A stretch of 64,000 nucleotides of DNA. Origin: Takakia lepidozioides (taxonomy: Eukaryota; Plantae; Bryophyta). The position numbers and the translations under genes are program-made. Below, in pieces: positions 12,491 through 24,683 of this stretch; position 1 is the stretch's first letter, and each line of letters starts with the position of its first letter. Where the stretch lies: positions 95,001 through 159,000 of the forward strand of contig JAKLZA010000278.1 in NCBI GenBank assembly GCA_030704615.1, written 5' to 3'. The notes under the pieces are model-generated. The model searched no databases and was not told the DNA's origin. It worked only from the letters and a program-made list of their open reading frames with translations.

Positions 12491-13519
12491 GACAGGGATC
12501 GCGTAGAGGGCATTGTAGATATTCTCATGATGTACTTTGTATACATCCGATTAATCGATTGATGTAAAAAAATTTCTTGTTGCTCGTGTGGGTTGCAACT
12601 TTGCATATGTGATCTAAACATACTTATGCACATGTGGACCAAATATGAGCTTGAACCAAGTTGATTCAATGGGTCATTCTAGTGTTGAACGCAGCTACGT
12701 GTCATAGAGACGGAAAATTGTGTTTCGTCTGCAGATGATTTTTTTTTTAATTCCATTTTCAAGCCATATGCTTAATGATAGCATATGCAATGTGTGTGCA
12801 AAATTTGGGAGTAAACAAAAGTCATTTGGACCCATAACCAGATTTTGTTCTCTCATTTGCACTCCAAAGTTGAGTTATCTTCAACTTTATGCACTCTTCA
12901 TAGAGAGTTTGCAAAAGTGACCCTAGAAACACTTATTTTTTCCATTTTTTTTTGTCCCATTTTTTGCATGGATGTAGTGGTGCAAAGCCCAATGTCACAA
13001 AACAAAATAGAGCTAAAATAAATCATTACGCCCCTCAAAACCGCAATCATATATTTTCTAAATGCAAATATTATTTTAAATTCATTTAAATTCGATTTAA
13101 TTCAAAATTGGTGCAAGGGTGAGTGCGTCGTTGGGGAGGCAATTTTTATTTATTTATTTTTTTTTCCCTGCTGGATCTTTGTACAGGTGTTGCACAATAT
13201 TAAGCACATGTAGGAAAAAATGAAGCTTGAGCCACATCCGTTTGTTGGGTGCAATGGCATGAGAGGATTTTCTTTACATTAATAACAAAAATTGGTTGAT
13301 AGGGTGAATGCGTCATTGGGGGGCAAATGATTTTGTTTGGGTTTGAAACTTTGCATGCGTGTACGTTGCGCACATACATGTAATTATTGAATGACATATT
13401 TGATGCACACCACATTGAAGGTTGTTGTTTGCATTTCGCTTATAATGAAGTGTATGGTTGCAATGACACATTATAATATATGTCCTATGTTCATTTGTTC
13501 GTATCAGGACTTTGTCCAT

Positions 13520-16500
13520 CCCTTCCCGGGTTTTCTTGGCACCCCATCCGAAAAACAACCCAAGTACATCAGGCGGGAGCCGTGGGCGAGACGCCGCCCC
13601 ACGGTACCGGACGATGATGACGATGACAGTGATAGTGATAGTAACAACAACATGAGCATGGAATTAACCAGGAAGATGTGCAAGCCATGGAGGATCTTAA
13701 TGCATCATGTGGGGGCGCTGATGCATCCCATGAAGAGGGAACCCGACCAATCGATGATCCTGAAATGGCCCCCTCAAATGACATGGAGAGGGAGGCGAGA
13801 ACTCCCTTATACGAAGGGCGAAAGTGAGTCGACTTTCAACAATCTTACTTTTGCTCAATCTTCAAATTCGATTTGGCATAAGTAATGTTGGGATGTCTGC
13901 CATAATGCGAACTATTGCAGACTATATCCTTGCTCCACACTTGAAACCCAAGATGCCACGGTCGCGGAAAGAGGCGCGCGAAGTCTTGGACTCTGTGGGG
14001 ATGGGCTATAAGATTTTTCATGCATGTCCATGTGATAAAACCCTATACTACGGAGATGATTCGCATCTCACCAAGTGCCCAAAGTGCAAGAAAGACCGAT
14101 ATCGGGATGATGTCCAAGGGAAAAAAGTACCACGCAAGGTATACGCACCATTCCCCCTCGCATGGAGATTATTAGAGAGTAGTACTCATGCAAGATCTGA
14201 TTGTGGTTTTGGAAGGAGTGAGTGAGGAGTGGAAGGAGCGACGTTGGTTTTGACCATTCACACCCAAATGAGGAGAGGCTGCATCAAGGGAAAAACATAA
14301 GGGTGTTGTATTATGTGTGCTAATGTGATGTTTACATGTGGGGGGCGTGGGGTATTTCCTCCTAGAAAATGCATTACTTTCTAATCATCCCGCGATTGAG
14401 GGCACAGTACCAAAGCCCCGAATTGGCCAGACTCATGAGATGGCACGCCTCGCATCGGAGCCCCTGGGAAAGGTGTGCGGGCCACAAGATTCACAAGCAT
14501 GGAGGCATATTGAAGAGATGTGGCCTTTTCTCTTGGAGGACCCATGACATGTCCACCTCGGCTTCTCCTCGGATGGGGTCAACCCATTCTCTGTCCAGTC
14601 ATGTAGTCATTCCACTTGGCCGGTGACCATGGTGAATTACAACATCCCTCCGTATCTTTCAATTAAAAAAGGCCATATCATGTTGGCTGCCATTGTGCCA
14701 GGTGAGTGTACTCATTTCATGGACTTTACATTAAACTTCTGATCTTTGACGCAATTCGGATGCAAGATTGATGAGTGACATAATCATGGAGTAAGACGTG
14801 TAATTCATTTTGTAGTATAATCTGCATATTGGTGGAGCATTGAAACAATGATGCGAATGTCTCAAAGGGAAAAAACAAGTGACAAACATGGACACGTACT
14901 TGCGACCTCTTGTTGATGAACTTAAAAGAGTTATGGAGGGGGGTCCCGACATTGGATGCTTCACTTGACCCTATGGCCGGACAATCTTTTCAGATGAGAG
15001 ACATCTTGCTTTGGACAATGCATGATTATCCATGTATATTATGTTCCCCATGAACAACCCGCGTACATTCACTTGTCAATGCCGGATGAGGATGAGGATT
15101 GGGATTGATTGAAGTAGCGGCGACAGTCTTGTGCACCGTAGTGGGGTAGATGGCATTATGGGCCATGCACATGACAACTTTTTGTTTTTGCTAATGTGGC
15201 GGGATGTGTAGTACATGACTAATTGTTTGCTCGGGGCTAAGCACCAAAGGGTACCATGCATGCTTGCATTGTGGCGATGATCTTGATGCACATAGCTCCC
15301 GCCATCTTCACAAGATGGTGTATCCCAACTACCGCAAATTTCTTCTTATGAGCCATCGATGGAGAAGAAGAGAGAAACGTTTGTTTGATGGCAAAGAGGA
15401 AGTACGTCCCCCCCCCCCCCCCTATGACACCGTCCGGGCAGTTTTGGGAGGACCGATGGAAGGAGGCCCATGCGGGCACGGACGGTGAAGTGGACGTGCC
15501 CGGCATGAAACGACTTTCAATCTTCTACGAGTTGCCATATTGGGTGGTACATATTCCACAAAAACACCGTCAATATCCCTATGCATGCATGTGATATTGC
15601 ACATTTGGTATGCGTAGCATTGTCACTTTCATGTAAATTTTTTTTGTAAGTCTTTGTGGGTGGGGATATATGTAGGACCTGGAGATTCGTCATCTTCTAG
15701 ATCCCATGCATATTGAGAAGAATGTTTGCTCGTCCTTTTTTTGGGTTCTTCATGGCACGCCGGCAAAGAAAGGAGTGGCTGCAAAAGGAGATTCTCTCGG
15801 TGTTAGAAAGGAGCTTGAGGAGCAGGGTCGCATGCGCCATCTATGGGCCGAACAAAATGGTGTGGACCCAAAGGGTGTTGTACGGTGGAAGTATAGGGCG
15901 CGCACCTTGGCAATGGACAAAGGAGGAATACAAGAAAGTGATAGCCACCATAAGTGCTGTCCGAACACCAACTGGTTATGGGTCATCCCTCCGTACGAAG
16001 TTCAGCGAAGAAGACGGGGTCCATGGTTTGAAATCTCATGACTACCACAATCTATTGCAAGACATCTTGCCCATTGCAGTACGTGAGACATTGACTCCCG
16101 ACATTCGTGAGACAATCTATAGATTGGGAGGCTTGTTCCGGTGGATTTGCTCCAAAGAGTTGGAAGAAGCAGATTTTCCACACATGAAGAAGGAGGCGGC
16201 GGAGGTAATGTGTATGTTGGATGCACATTCCTCCCTCTTTCTTTGATATCCAAGTGCACTTGGTAGTGCACTTAGTGGAAGAGGCTTCGATTGCCGGCCC
16301 CGTTCATTCTCGGTGGATGTACTTCCTTGAGCGTTATATGAAGACTTTGAAAGGATTTGTAAGACAAATGGCGCATCTGGAGGGTAGCATGGCGGAGGGG
16401 TATACGTTGCAAGAAGCTATGTTCTATTGCACGGAGTACATGGCAAGGATGGATGAGGAATCCCCTCAGATGTGGAAGGAAGAGGAGGATGCACGAACCA

Positions 16501-16685
16501 ATGACATCGTTTTGTCCAAAAAATCGAAGAGGGTGAAATTGTCGACCTTGGTGATTGAGCAAGCGCATGACTTCATACTGAAGAACACCCCATCCATACA
16601 TGAGTGGGAGGCAAAATACAATAATCTTGTTCAGCAACGAGAGGAGGAGACGCTTGCATGGAGGCGAAACCATCAAAGGCCCTAA
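13520..16685 (+). CDS. CACTA TnpD transposase (Transposase_21 + DUF4218), multi-exon, frameshifted, C-terminally truncated
   Basis: YKIFHACPCD..CPKC...RY; DGVNPF; HSTWPV...NIPP; TMHDYP; MHIEKNV; GLKSHDYH; PPSFFDIQVHLVVHLVEE...GPVHSRWMYFLERYMKTLK. Confidence 0.93.
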
Positions 16686-16699
16686 CCCTAAACCTAGAA

Positions 16700-17272
16700 A
16701 GCCCTGCCGTCGCCGCCTGCGACCCCAGCGTCGCAAACTGCGACGCGTTTTCTTGGATTTATAAGGCCGGGGGTCGCAAACGGTGACGGCCAACCGTCGC
16801 CAACTGCGACCGGTTTTTTGAATGGATTTATGAGGCCGGCCGTCGCAAACTGTGACATGTTTTTTTGTTTTGTAAGAATAGGGCAGCCGGGCAGTTTGTG
16901 ACGCCCGAATTCCCTAGAGACGTAAGGGGCCTTTTGCCCTTCATGCCACCATGTGACGGCCGGGCGTCGCAAGAAAGGGCTGCAATGAAAGAGAAGGTAA
17001 AAATGGTTTTTTTTTTCCGGAGTGTGACGACCAGCCGTCTCCAGAAAGGGCTGCCTTCTGCTCTTCGCTGGGGGTGACGCGTGGGCGTCGCACGGAAGGG
17101 CTGCCATTTTCCCTTCATCACTCTGTGCGACGGCCAGGCGTCGCCGCCTGGCCCCAGCGCCACGTTTCACTCCCGCGGGGTTGGCGTCGCACGCTCGGCG
17201 CCGCGCGGAGCGTGGGGGCGCGGCTAGCGTCGGAAAACACCCCCCCCCCCCCCCCCCCCATTTGCTGTAGTG
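16700..17272. repeat. CACTA right subterminal repeats and TIR
   Basis: Dense GTCGC/GCGAC motifs ending in GCTGTAGTG. Confidence 0.88.
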
Positions 17273-17579
17273 AGGGTTAAACCCGGGGGGGGGGTTACAG
17301 GGGAATGGCGGACTCTTGGAAGCGGCGGACTGGTGTCGCAGAATGACGACGCGCCGGGGGCGACGATGCCGATGGGATGAGAGCGGGGGTGGGGAAGGAT
17401 TGACCGAGCCCAGCCGGCTGCCTTTCGATGGCTGCCGGAGGCGGAGAACGGCAGTACGGGTGTCAGGGGTGGACCGACCTGACGCGCTCGCATTAAGTTC
17501 TTATATTATTCCTATTATCTTCTAATTTTTGTTATGCTGATACATGATAAATTGATATTATAACAAATATCTGATTTCA

Positions 17580-18830
17580 GGTGGCTGTGATGAATGCGGA
17601 TGGACAAATAGCATTTGACGAAGTTTAATATCGTTTGGTCACGATGATGTTGATGCCATAAGCTCATTTGTAAAGCTCACTTTACTATCATTAGTGATAA
17701 TGATTTTTAGTGAAAACTCTTGAGCTCACTCCCCACCATTTTGCTCCAGTATCATCAGATTTTTTTGTGGGGACATCTGAATTTCATTTCACTGCTACAT
17801 GTACATATGTAAGATTTTTGTAATGCATACAAACAATGAACTTTTGATGTATTTTTTAATTTGAAATTATTCTCATTTATATATTTGTTGTGTGGTGTTA
17901 GGCATGAATGGTAACATGACATACAAACGAGCTAAGAACATACATGTGGGTGACTTGATGTGGATCAACATGAATAAGATCAACAATACTATCGAGCAGT
18001 TTATTGTGACGGGTGAGATTACATCTTTTTTTAATTTATGCATATTAATAGTGACAAGCTTTAGTGCTATGTGGGTTGCTCATCACTCCACTGGCTGGGA
18101 GCTTGTTGACTATGATTCTACATAATTTGATACAAGTTTTCTAGTATATGGTCGATATTACAAATCTCATGCTTGAAAAGTTGTGAGGTGAATTGGCACT
18201 TAAATAAGTCGGTTCACTTGAAGTTTTCTTTTTTCTTTAACCATTGACATTAATAATCCAAAAATTGAGTTGTGGCAGATAGGACGGTGATTGTTAATGT
18301 TAGGTTGTACAACCCCTACACTCTAAGTGGAAATATTGTCGTAGATGATGTGGTGGGCATCAGTGCATAGCGATTGGTTCTCGATGATTTTATTTGACAC
18401 TATCACAATCACACATTGGCTTCCTACAACTTATCAGGTACATCCAAAACGTCACATGTTCAAGTTATTTATGTATTTAATATTCCAGCACTAGGATTTA
18501 ATATTATCATTAATATTGTGGCTTTGTTCACATAATATGACAGATGGTGCTAGCTCCGGTGCGGATGCTTTATTATTTCTTGGGCAAAAACACATATGCC
18601 AAGACTCTATCACTTTGTGTACTCGTATATGGGTGTACCTCAGTTTCTCATTCTACATGGCGGCAAATGTGCAACTATTGGTGGTATGGTTGCTACATTT
18701 ATGTTAGTCTCTCTTCCGATGCGATTGAACTCAAAATTTTCAGTGTAGAGTGATGACATAAGTTGGTCAATGGAGAAACAATTGGTTATGTGGTGGCACA
18801 GAAGATTGACAATGGTTGACATCCAGCACA
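17580..18830 (+). pseudogene. Hedgehog-type Hint (Hog) domain gene remnant, 5' part missing
   Basis: VAVMNADGQIAFDEV..FGHDD...FVKLTL; LELTPHHF; AKNIHVGDLMW; LYNP.TLSGNIVVDDVV.S.HSDW; then LAPVRMLY; GT-AG introns. Confidence 0.75.
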
Positions 18831-19546
18831 TATCTACATTTGGCTTTAAAATTAAACCTATTACTACCTGGATGACCTTATGCCCTTGATAACCAAGCCA
18901 TCTATTGGATGCTATGTAATAGTAAGGCTAATTCTACGATATCGTGAGTCATAAGACAACTATGTGTCATCTTGATGTTTTCATTGCACCAAGATAAGTG
19001 TAAACAGAAACATTATATTTAGTTAAAGTGAAAAATGGTTGAAAAGTGGACCTTATGCCCTTGATAACCAAGCCATCTATTAGATACTACCAGGGTAGCA
19101 TGTGCCGTTGGCCCAAGTGTCCAGGGTCATCTAAGTCCAAGTGCAATCCCCTATGTATCAAAGTGCGTTTCCTATGTCGAGGCCCAAATGCAACCTTTAG
19201 GTAGCCTTTGCCGTTGGCCCAAGTGTCCAATGTCATCTAAGTAAGTTTTTTTTCCACATACCCTACCCTTCTGGTTTGCACTACATTCCCTTACAATCAC
19301 GTTGAAAATTCCTGGCAACAACTAGTGTCCATAGTGCATCTTCACAATATCATGTTTCACCCATTTTCGACTGACAGCAGCTCCCACTAATCTTGATTTG
19401 ACCATTGGCAATCAATTGGTCACCGAGAGTCCTATCCCTCAAAAAATAATCAGCAAAGATGCTGTTTGAGTCAAACAGCAATTACTTGAAGGGAATACCA
19501 ACAAAAAGCATGGACACACTACTGCACCAAAAGATCAGGGTAAGTT

Positions 19547-19902
19547 ACACTACTGGAGTGAGCCCCTCACAAAGGTAGTGCCCGTGTTCCCAAACTGGGC
19601 ACAAGGTCTATGGCCAAAGGCTACGGCAAGCGAAGTCTTATGAGCACATTGTCTCTCTCGCTCTCTCTCTTTTTCCTCTCTCTCCGAATCCGCTCAGCAT
19701 GTACCTTTTCTAATTTTTTCTGTTGATGGCGACAAAGGCCCTAATATTTGATAAGAAAGAAAGAAAGGGAGGGAGGGAGACAGAGAGACTGTGATCCTAA
19801 GACTTTTTTGCCGTAGCCTTCTAGGCATAGACTCCCCGCCCAGTTTGGGCGGAAATATAAGGACCAAGCGCTACTTTTATGAGGGACTCACTCCAGTAGT
19901 GT
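19547..19902. repeat. Tail-to-tail inverted pair of LINE/SINE 3' ends
   Basis: ACACTACTGGAGTGAG...CTCACTCCAGTAGTGT; arms homologous to the LINE tail at 5027-5130; CT/GA-rich centre. Confidence 0.7.
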
Positions 19903-19904
19903 GA

Positions 19905-20190
19905 TTAATCTTGGTATAAGCAATCTTCCCAGATATCCTCTAGAAAGCCCTTCACGCAAGCATCGATCTGCAGTGTGTGAGCAGCCCAATTGTTTGACCC
20001 CAACAGGGCCAGGCTTTAGACTCAGGAGAGAGAGAGAGAGAGGGAAAGACATTGTTTGCGGTAGCCTTGTGGCCATAGACCCCATGCCCAATTTGGGCAG
20101 AACAAGAGGCAAGGGGTACTACCTTTGTGAGAGGCACACTCCACTTACCTTGTACAAACAATTAGTTCGGGCTTTCCAGATTTCCTCTGT
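19905..20190 (-). mobile_element. Further LINE 3'-end fragments of the same family
   Basis: ttccagatatcctctagaa...ccttcac and gtagccttgtggccatagaccc match 5040-5220. Confidence 0.7.
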
Positions 20191-20381
20191 TGTGATTGCC
20201 AAGTAATTAGACCCAACAATGGGGGGCAGCCTATTGACATGTAGCATCCACGAACACAATTGCGCAACAAGCTCCTAACCTAGGAGCTACTTATACCCGG
20301 AGAAGAAAATGCCACAGATGACAAAGGTTTGTGTTGAAATCCTCAAAAACACCAGAATTCCAAATTGACGCATGGACATAC

Positions 20382-21150
20382 CTGTAGGATAAATCAAGCA
20401 CAAGACCTCTGTACATATGCAGCTCATCCTCGCTATCACTCTCATCCGCCTCGTCAAACAGAAAATTGGCGGCAGGGGATGCTAAAGGTTCTGTTGTCCA
20501 GCCGTCGTTCAGATTTATGGATTGCTTCAAGTTAGAACTAGCCTCCTTCTTTTGCCTGATTTCCCAGAATTGGAAGAGCTTTTCATATTTGTATCTCAAT
20601 GTTCCATCGTATACAGGTACATCTGGTGTTTTCTCCGAGCCACTCCACCTATCTCTCTCCAGAGGAATAGATAACGGCACAGCCAACGTTAAGCTCTTGT
20701 GTGACGTTGCTATGCGCAAACAATGGTTGAGTCTTCATGGCGATTATACCTCTTAAACCACTCTGGTTTGGTGCTGGACTTGGATCGAATTACTCATAAA
20801 TTCATACGAATTCCCTAGAGACGTACCCCAGTGTGGTAGCTCCATCGTCTCATTCTTGATTTGGTTCCGTGCTACGAGCCAAGAGCCAAACTTGGAAATC
20901 GACTCCTGGCAGCAGACACAATCCCAAAGGATCCCGGCAGCAGCAAGTTGAGGGATGCAAGATTCAAGACGAACTCTAAAGCAAGCGACTCAATGCGAGA
21001 TCAGATGCAGAAACAATAATCCGAGAAGCCAAACGATAGCATGAGGGCTCCAGCAACTCGGAACCGGAGGACTAGAAGCGAGCGAGAGCAGCGACACGGC
21101 TCCCACGGACAACTTTACAAGGTACTATAAATCCTCCCACCACCACCGTT
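20382..21150 (-). CDS. First exon of a plastid HNH endonuclease-like gene (At2g23840/WSL9-like); start uncertain, downstream exons not found
   Basis: Acidic stretch then YRGLVLDLSYR followed by a GT donor, as I recall for this family (FRGLVLDISYR|PVNVVCW). Confidence 0.6.
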
Positions 21151-21580
21151 CATTGCCGGTTATACCGGTCACCAGATGGCGTCGTCCGTCTTAACTAAAA
21201 CCGTTGCCTGTTTGAAGTTTGGGCAGCATATTCTGCCCGAGAGAGAATTTGAGGGATGCCCGAGACTGCAGGCATTGGCTGTTGTGATATTGGTGCTGCA
21301 ATGTCGCGTATCAGCTCGTGCCACGTGCCGGACATATCCATCTTTCGCAGTTTGATTTTTGGTGGGAGAGGGAGACAAGAGCGAAGAGTGCAGAGTGCAG
21401 ACAAGCTTGGCGTGCGTGCGGGGAAGCTTCGTTGCGGGAAGAGATCTGCAGAGCTTGTTTGATTGTTGCAAGGGGAGGTTTGGGGTCAAGACTGAAGATT
21501 TTTTGTATTGGGGAGCGTGTGCAGAGGCGGTTTGTCGATTGCTAGGAGCTTGAGGAACATTCAATCCCATTGCAGTAGGA

Positions 21581-24500
21581 ATGGCTGTCGCTGCGTCTAC
21601 AGTGTCTGCCAGTCAATGTGTTCGTCGGACTACCCTGGCATTGGATCTTCCGCTTGCTCGGGTTGCGACTCGGCCTTCGCTCGTCCCGGCAAGGTCTCTC
21701 AGGTGCCTCTATTTTTTTAATATCTGTCAGCATTCGCGTCCCTACTTGTGTAACTGGTTTCTAACGTGGTGCTGTTATGAAGGTGCTATGATGTGATCAA
21801 GAAAACTGTGAGGCTTTGGTAGGAGACTATTACGAGGACATGAACATCCCGAATCAGAGAAGGTTCTATCGGCAACAAGAATTAGATGCTCAAACAGTTG
21901 GTGTCATTGCCAAATCCAACTCGATTTTCTCGGGGAGAATGTATTAGGAAATGCTACCGTCATTGCCCGGGAATTCCAAGGCCTCACCTTATGGGATTCG
22001 AGAAAGCATTCCAATTTCTTAGCTAATTGGCCTTAAAAGTTGATGTGCATTTGAGAACTACATTCCATGAGGGCCATGCTGAATACTTTTGCGCTATCCT
22101 CGAGGGGACACTGCCAAGTTCTGCAGAAACCTGAGACCACTGTGGAAGACGTCCAAGCTCGTTGGATTGGCCTTCCATTACTTCTTCTATAACAACTGCA
22201 GCAGCAATTTGCAACCGTTGAGCCCCTTTTGTGGTGTACAGAGTCTGGACTTCCTGAGCTATCAGTTGATTTGGAACACTAGTGTTGGAGGCCCATGTTC
22301 ATTATGCACTGTAGGATTGGAGAGGGAATTTTCTTTGTGACAGGATCTCATTAGTTGACAGGTAGATGAAAATCCTTGGGCATCAATCTGACTTCATTGC
22401 CCTACCTTTTCTAGGCGATTTTAAGGAGCTCACACCTGCAGTGGAAGTGGAGTCTTAGCTATGGAACTTTTGTGGACATGATCAACAATGTTCTGACAAA
22501 GATCTGTGTGCCTGTGAAGGAGATTGTCAGGCATTCACCTGAGACAAAATCAGAGGTATGGAGGAGCGAGGTCTGCACTCTCAGAATCTCCCACAATAGG
22601 TGGCAGTGCACGAGCAGAGGTGCAGTATGTTGATGGGGAAGCAGCGAAAAAACTTGTAACAGAGGAAGGCTTCTCAATCATAGATATCCGGGATACATCA
22701 CAGTACAATCGGTCACACATTCCTTCTAGTGCTCACATCCCTCTCTTCATCGACAACACAGACAATGACATTGGTGGGGTTGGTTTCTTTCTCACAACAC
22801 TGTTGTGGGTTGAATTTATGGAGCAAAGCAGTTACAGGATTGTGGTAGAGGTGTGATATGATAGTGATATTGGTGGATGTGTCACATTATATCCTTTTGA
22901 AGTTTCACATGTAAGGTAATGAAGGCGATAAAGCGTTGTCATGATCCACCGAATACTCAGCATGCATCGTGTCTAGATCTGTTCTTGTTCTACACATTGG
23001 GTTTTCCTCAACTGGAGCAATTGTTTGGGCTTCCACATGGCCTGGTGAAGAGTCTGAGAGGTGATGATCTGCCAATGCAGGAACTGTCATCAACAGGCAG
23101 TTACACTTTGGCTTTGCGGGGTTATTCTATGGGGTGGCCTTCACAAAACCCAATCCCGATTTCATTGCTACTGTGGAGAAGCAGTTCCCAAAGGACAGCA
23201 ATCTACTGCTTGTGTGCCAGGAGGGCCTAAGGTAGGCTCAGATTTCTTTCTCTCTCAGTCTGTCGGAGGTGTTGTTACTCTAGCCTAGCCTGCCCCTCTT
23301 TCTACTTGTTTCTCTCATCCTAGTAGCCTGGCAAACAGCATGTTATGAGTACATTCTCTCATCCTAATCTACTTTTTCTGTCCTATAGTTTGGGTGGTTG
23401 GTGATGTGTAAGACTATTTCATTGGTGCACCATACCTCTCTCTTAAGTCTAGCAGAGACTTAGCCAGTGTTTAACAACTGCCATCTGTGAGCATTACATA
23501 GTGCACCTTAGATTAGTTCTGCACAAGCTGTGTTGAATTACCTCTGGTAGTTAAGTGCCTCAATTCTGAGTCTAACTTCCTACTGCTGAAGGCAAGAGAG
23601 CAGGGGTACATATTGGTCAAAGGGGTGAGTGTTTAACAGCATGATTGGGATGGGCAGGTCAGGGACTGCAGCAGATAAGCTGGAGGAGTCCGGCTTCCAA
23701 AATGTGGCCTACCTGATGAATGGATTGCAGAAGGTTAAACCAGGTGGGTTGGTAGTTGCATTATCTCCGCAGTCCGGCCTTGTATTGTTCTTCTTGTCCC
23801 CGGGTGATTTGTCATTTTCTCGTATGTTCTCATGTAATACATATATTTCCATTAGTGAAATAGCAGGCCTCCATTTCCTGTGAATGGGAGAACCTGCTTT
23901 AATTGGTGAACTCCTTTGCTAAGGCAGGTGTGTGGCGAGGGGTGTAAGAACTGTTGATCGTGCTATGAAGGGCTACAGCTCTAATGGAACTCCTTGATTG
24001 ATGGTCTCCAGCTCACAGAGGCTGCCTCTTTGGGATGTTTGGCAGTATCAATCTGTAGCCTCGATTATGTTGGAAATTCAGCTACAGAAAGTAAGACTAC
24101 TATAGTGTCTAAACAGCAGAGCAGTTTTAAGGATGGTTTGAGGTCAAATCTCGGAAAGGTCACCACATTGCAAATGTATAAGCAGCTTTTAGAGATAAAG
24201 ACTCTTACACCTCATTGTTTGATGAGAACAGGAACTTTTGAAAAGGAGGGCCCAAAGGAGTTGGCGGATGCAGGCAAGGCAGGCCTGGTCACCATTCAGG
24301 GCCAATTTTTCTATTGTTCTGGGCACCATTCTTATTTGTGAGCGTCCCTTCCTGCCATTGCTGAACATCTGAGTCAGGTTGTTTTGCATGGACTTCTTGT
24401 GCCGGAATTTGAAGATATTGATATTGGTATGTTTCTATACGTTACATGTTATTGTTTATAATGGATGGGGTCTTTGATGGTTTGTGTGCTTTAAACTTGT

Positions 24501-24683
24501 GAGGTAGGAAATGAAGCCAGATATGTCATTGTGCTTGTGCCAAAGAGTTCATGAAGGACTGGCATCAGCAACCTACTAAAAAGTAAGTCGGTTTGTCGTG
24601 CTGATTGTATGTGTGCAGTGGCATTTCTCTTTTTGCAATTCTTTCCGGACCAAGCAGAGCAGCTTTTCTTCAGCAATAAATAA
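21581..24683 (+). CDS. STR11: Rhodanese-like domain-containing protein 11, chloroplastic
   Basis: Exons ~21581-21702, ~22531-22773, 23081-23231, 23658-23743, 24232-24337, 24619-24683: RAEVQYVDGEAAK...HIPLFIDNTDNDIG|...LLVCQEGLR|S...AGKAGLVTIQG...FFPDQAEQLF; exon1/2 junction uncertain; one extra T near 24306-24310. Confidence 0.92.

Larger units (their letters stand above)
1..17272 (+). mobile_element. Large CACTA (En/Spm) element or CACTA nest; left TIR lies outside the window
   Basis: Ends ...TTTGCTGTAGTG at 17272 (reverse complement CACTACAGCAAA); GCGAC/GTCGC repeat clusters at 260-410, 10200-10430 and 16700-17230; TnpD and TnpA-like coding regions inside. Confidence 0.75.

Noticed and set aside
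19548-19901. Confident CACTA MITE call
   Set aside because: Flanks TTA/TGA are not a matching 3-bp TSD and the arms are homologous to LINE tails; kept only as a hypothesis
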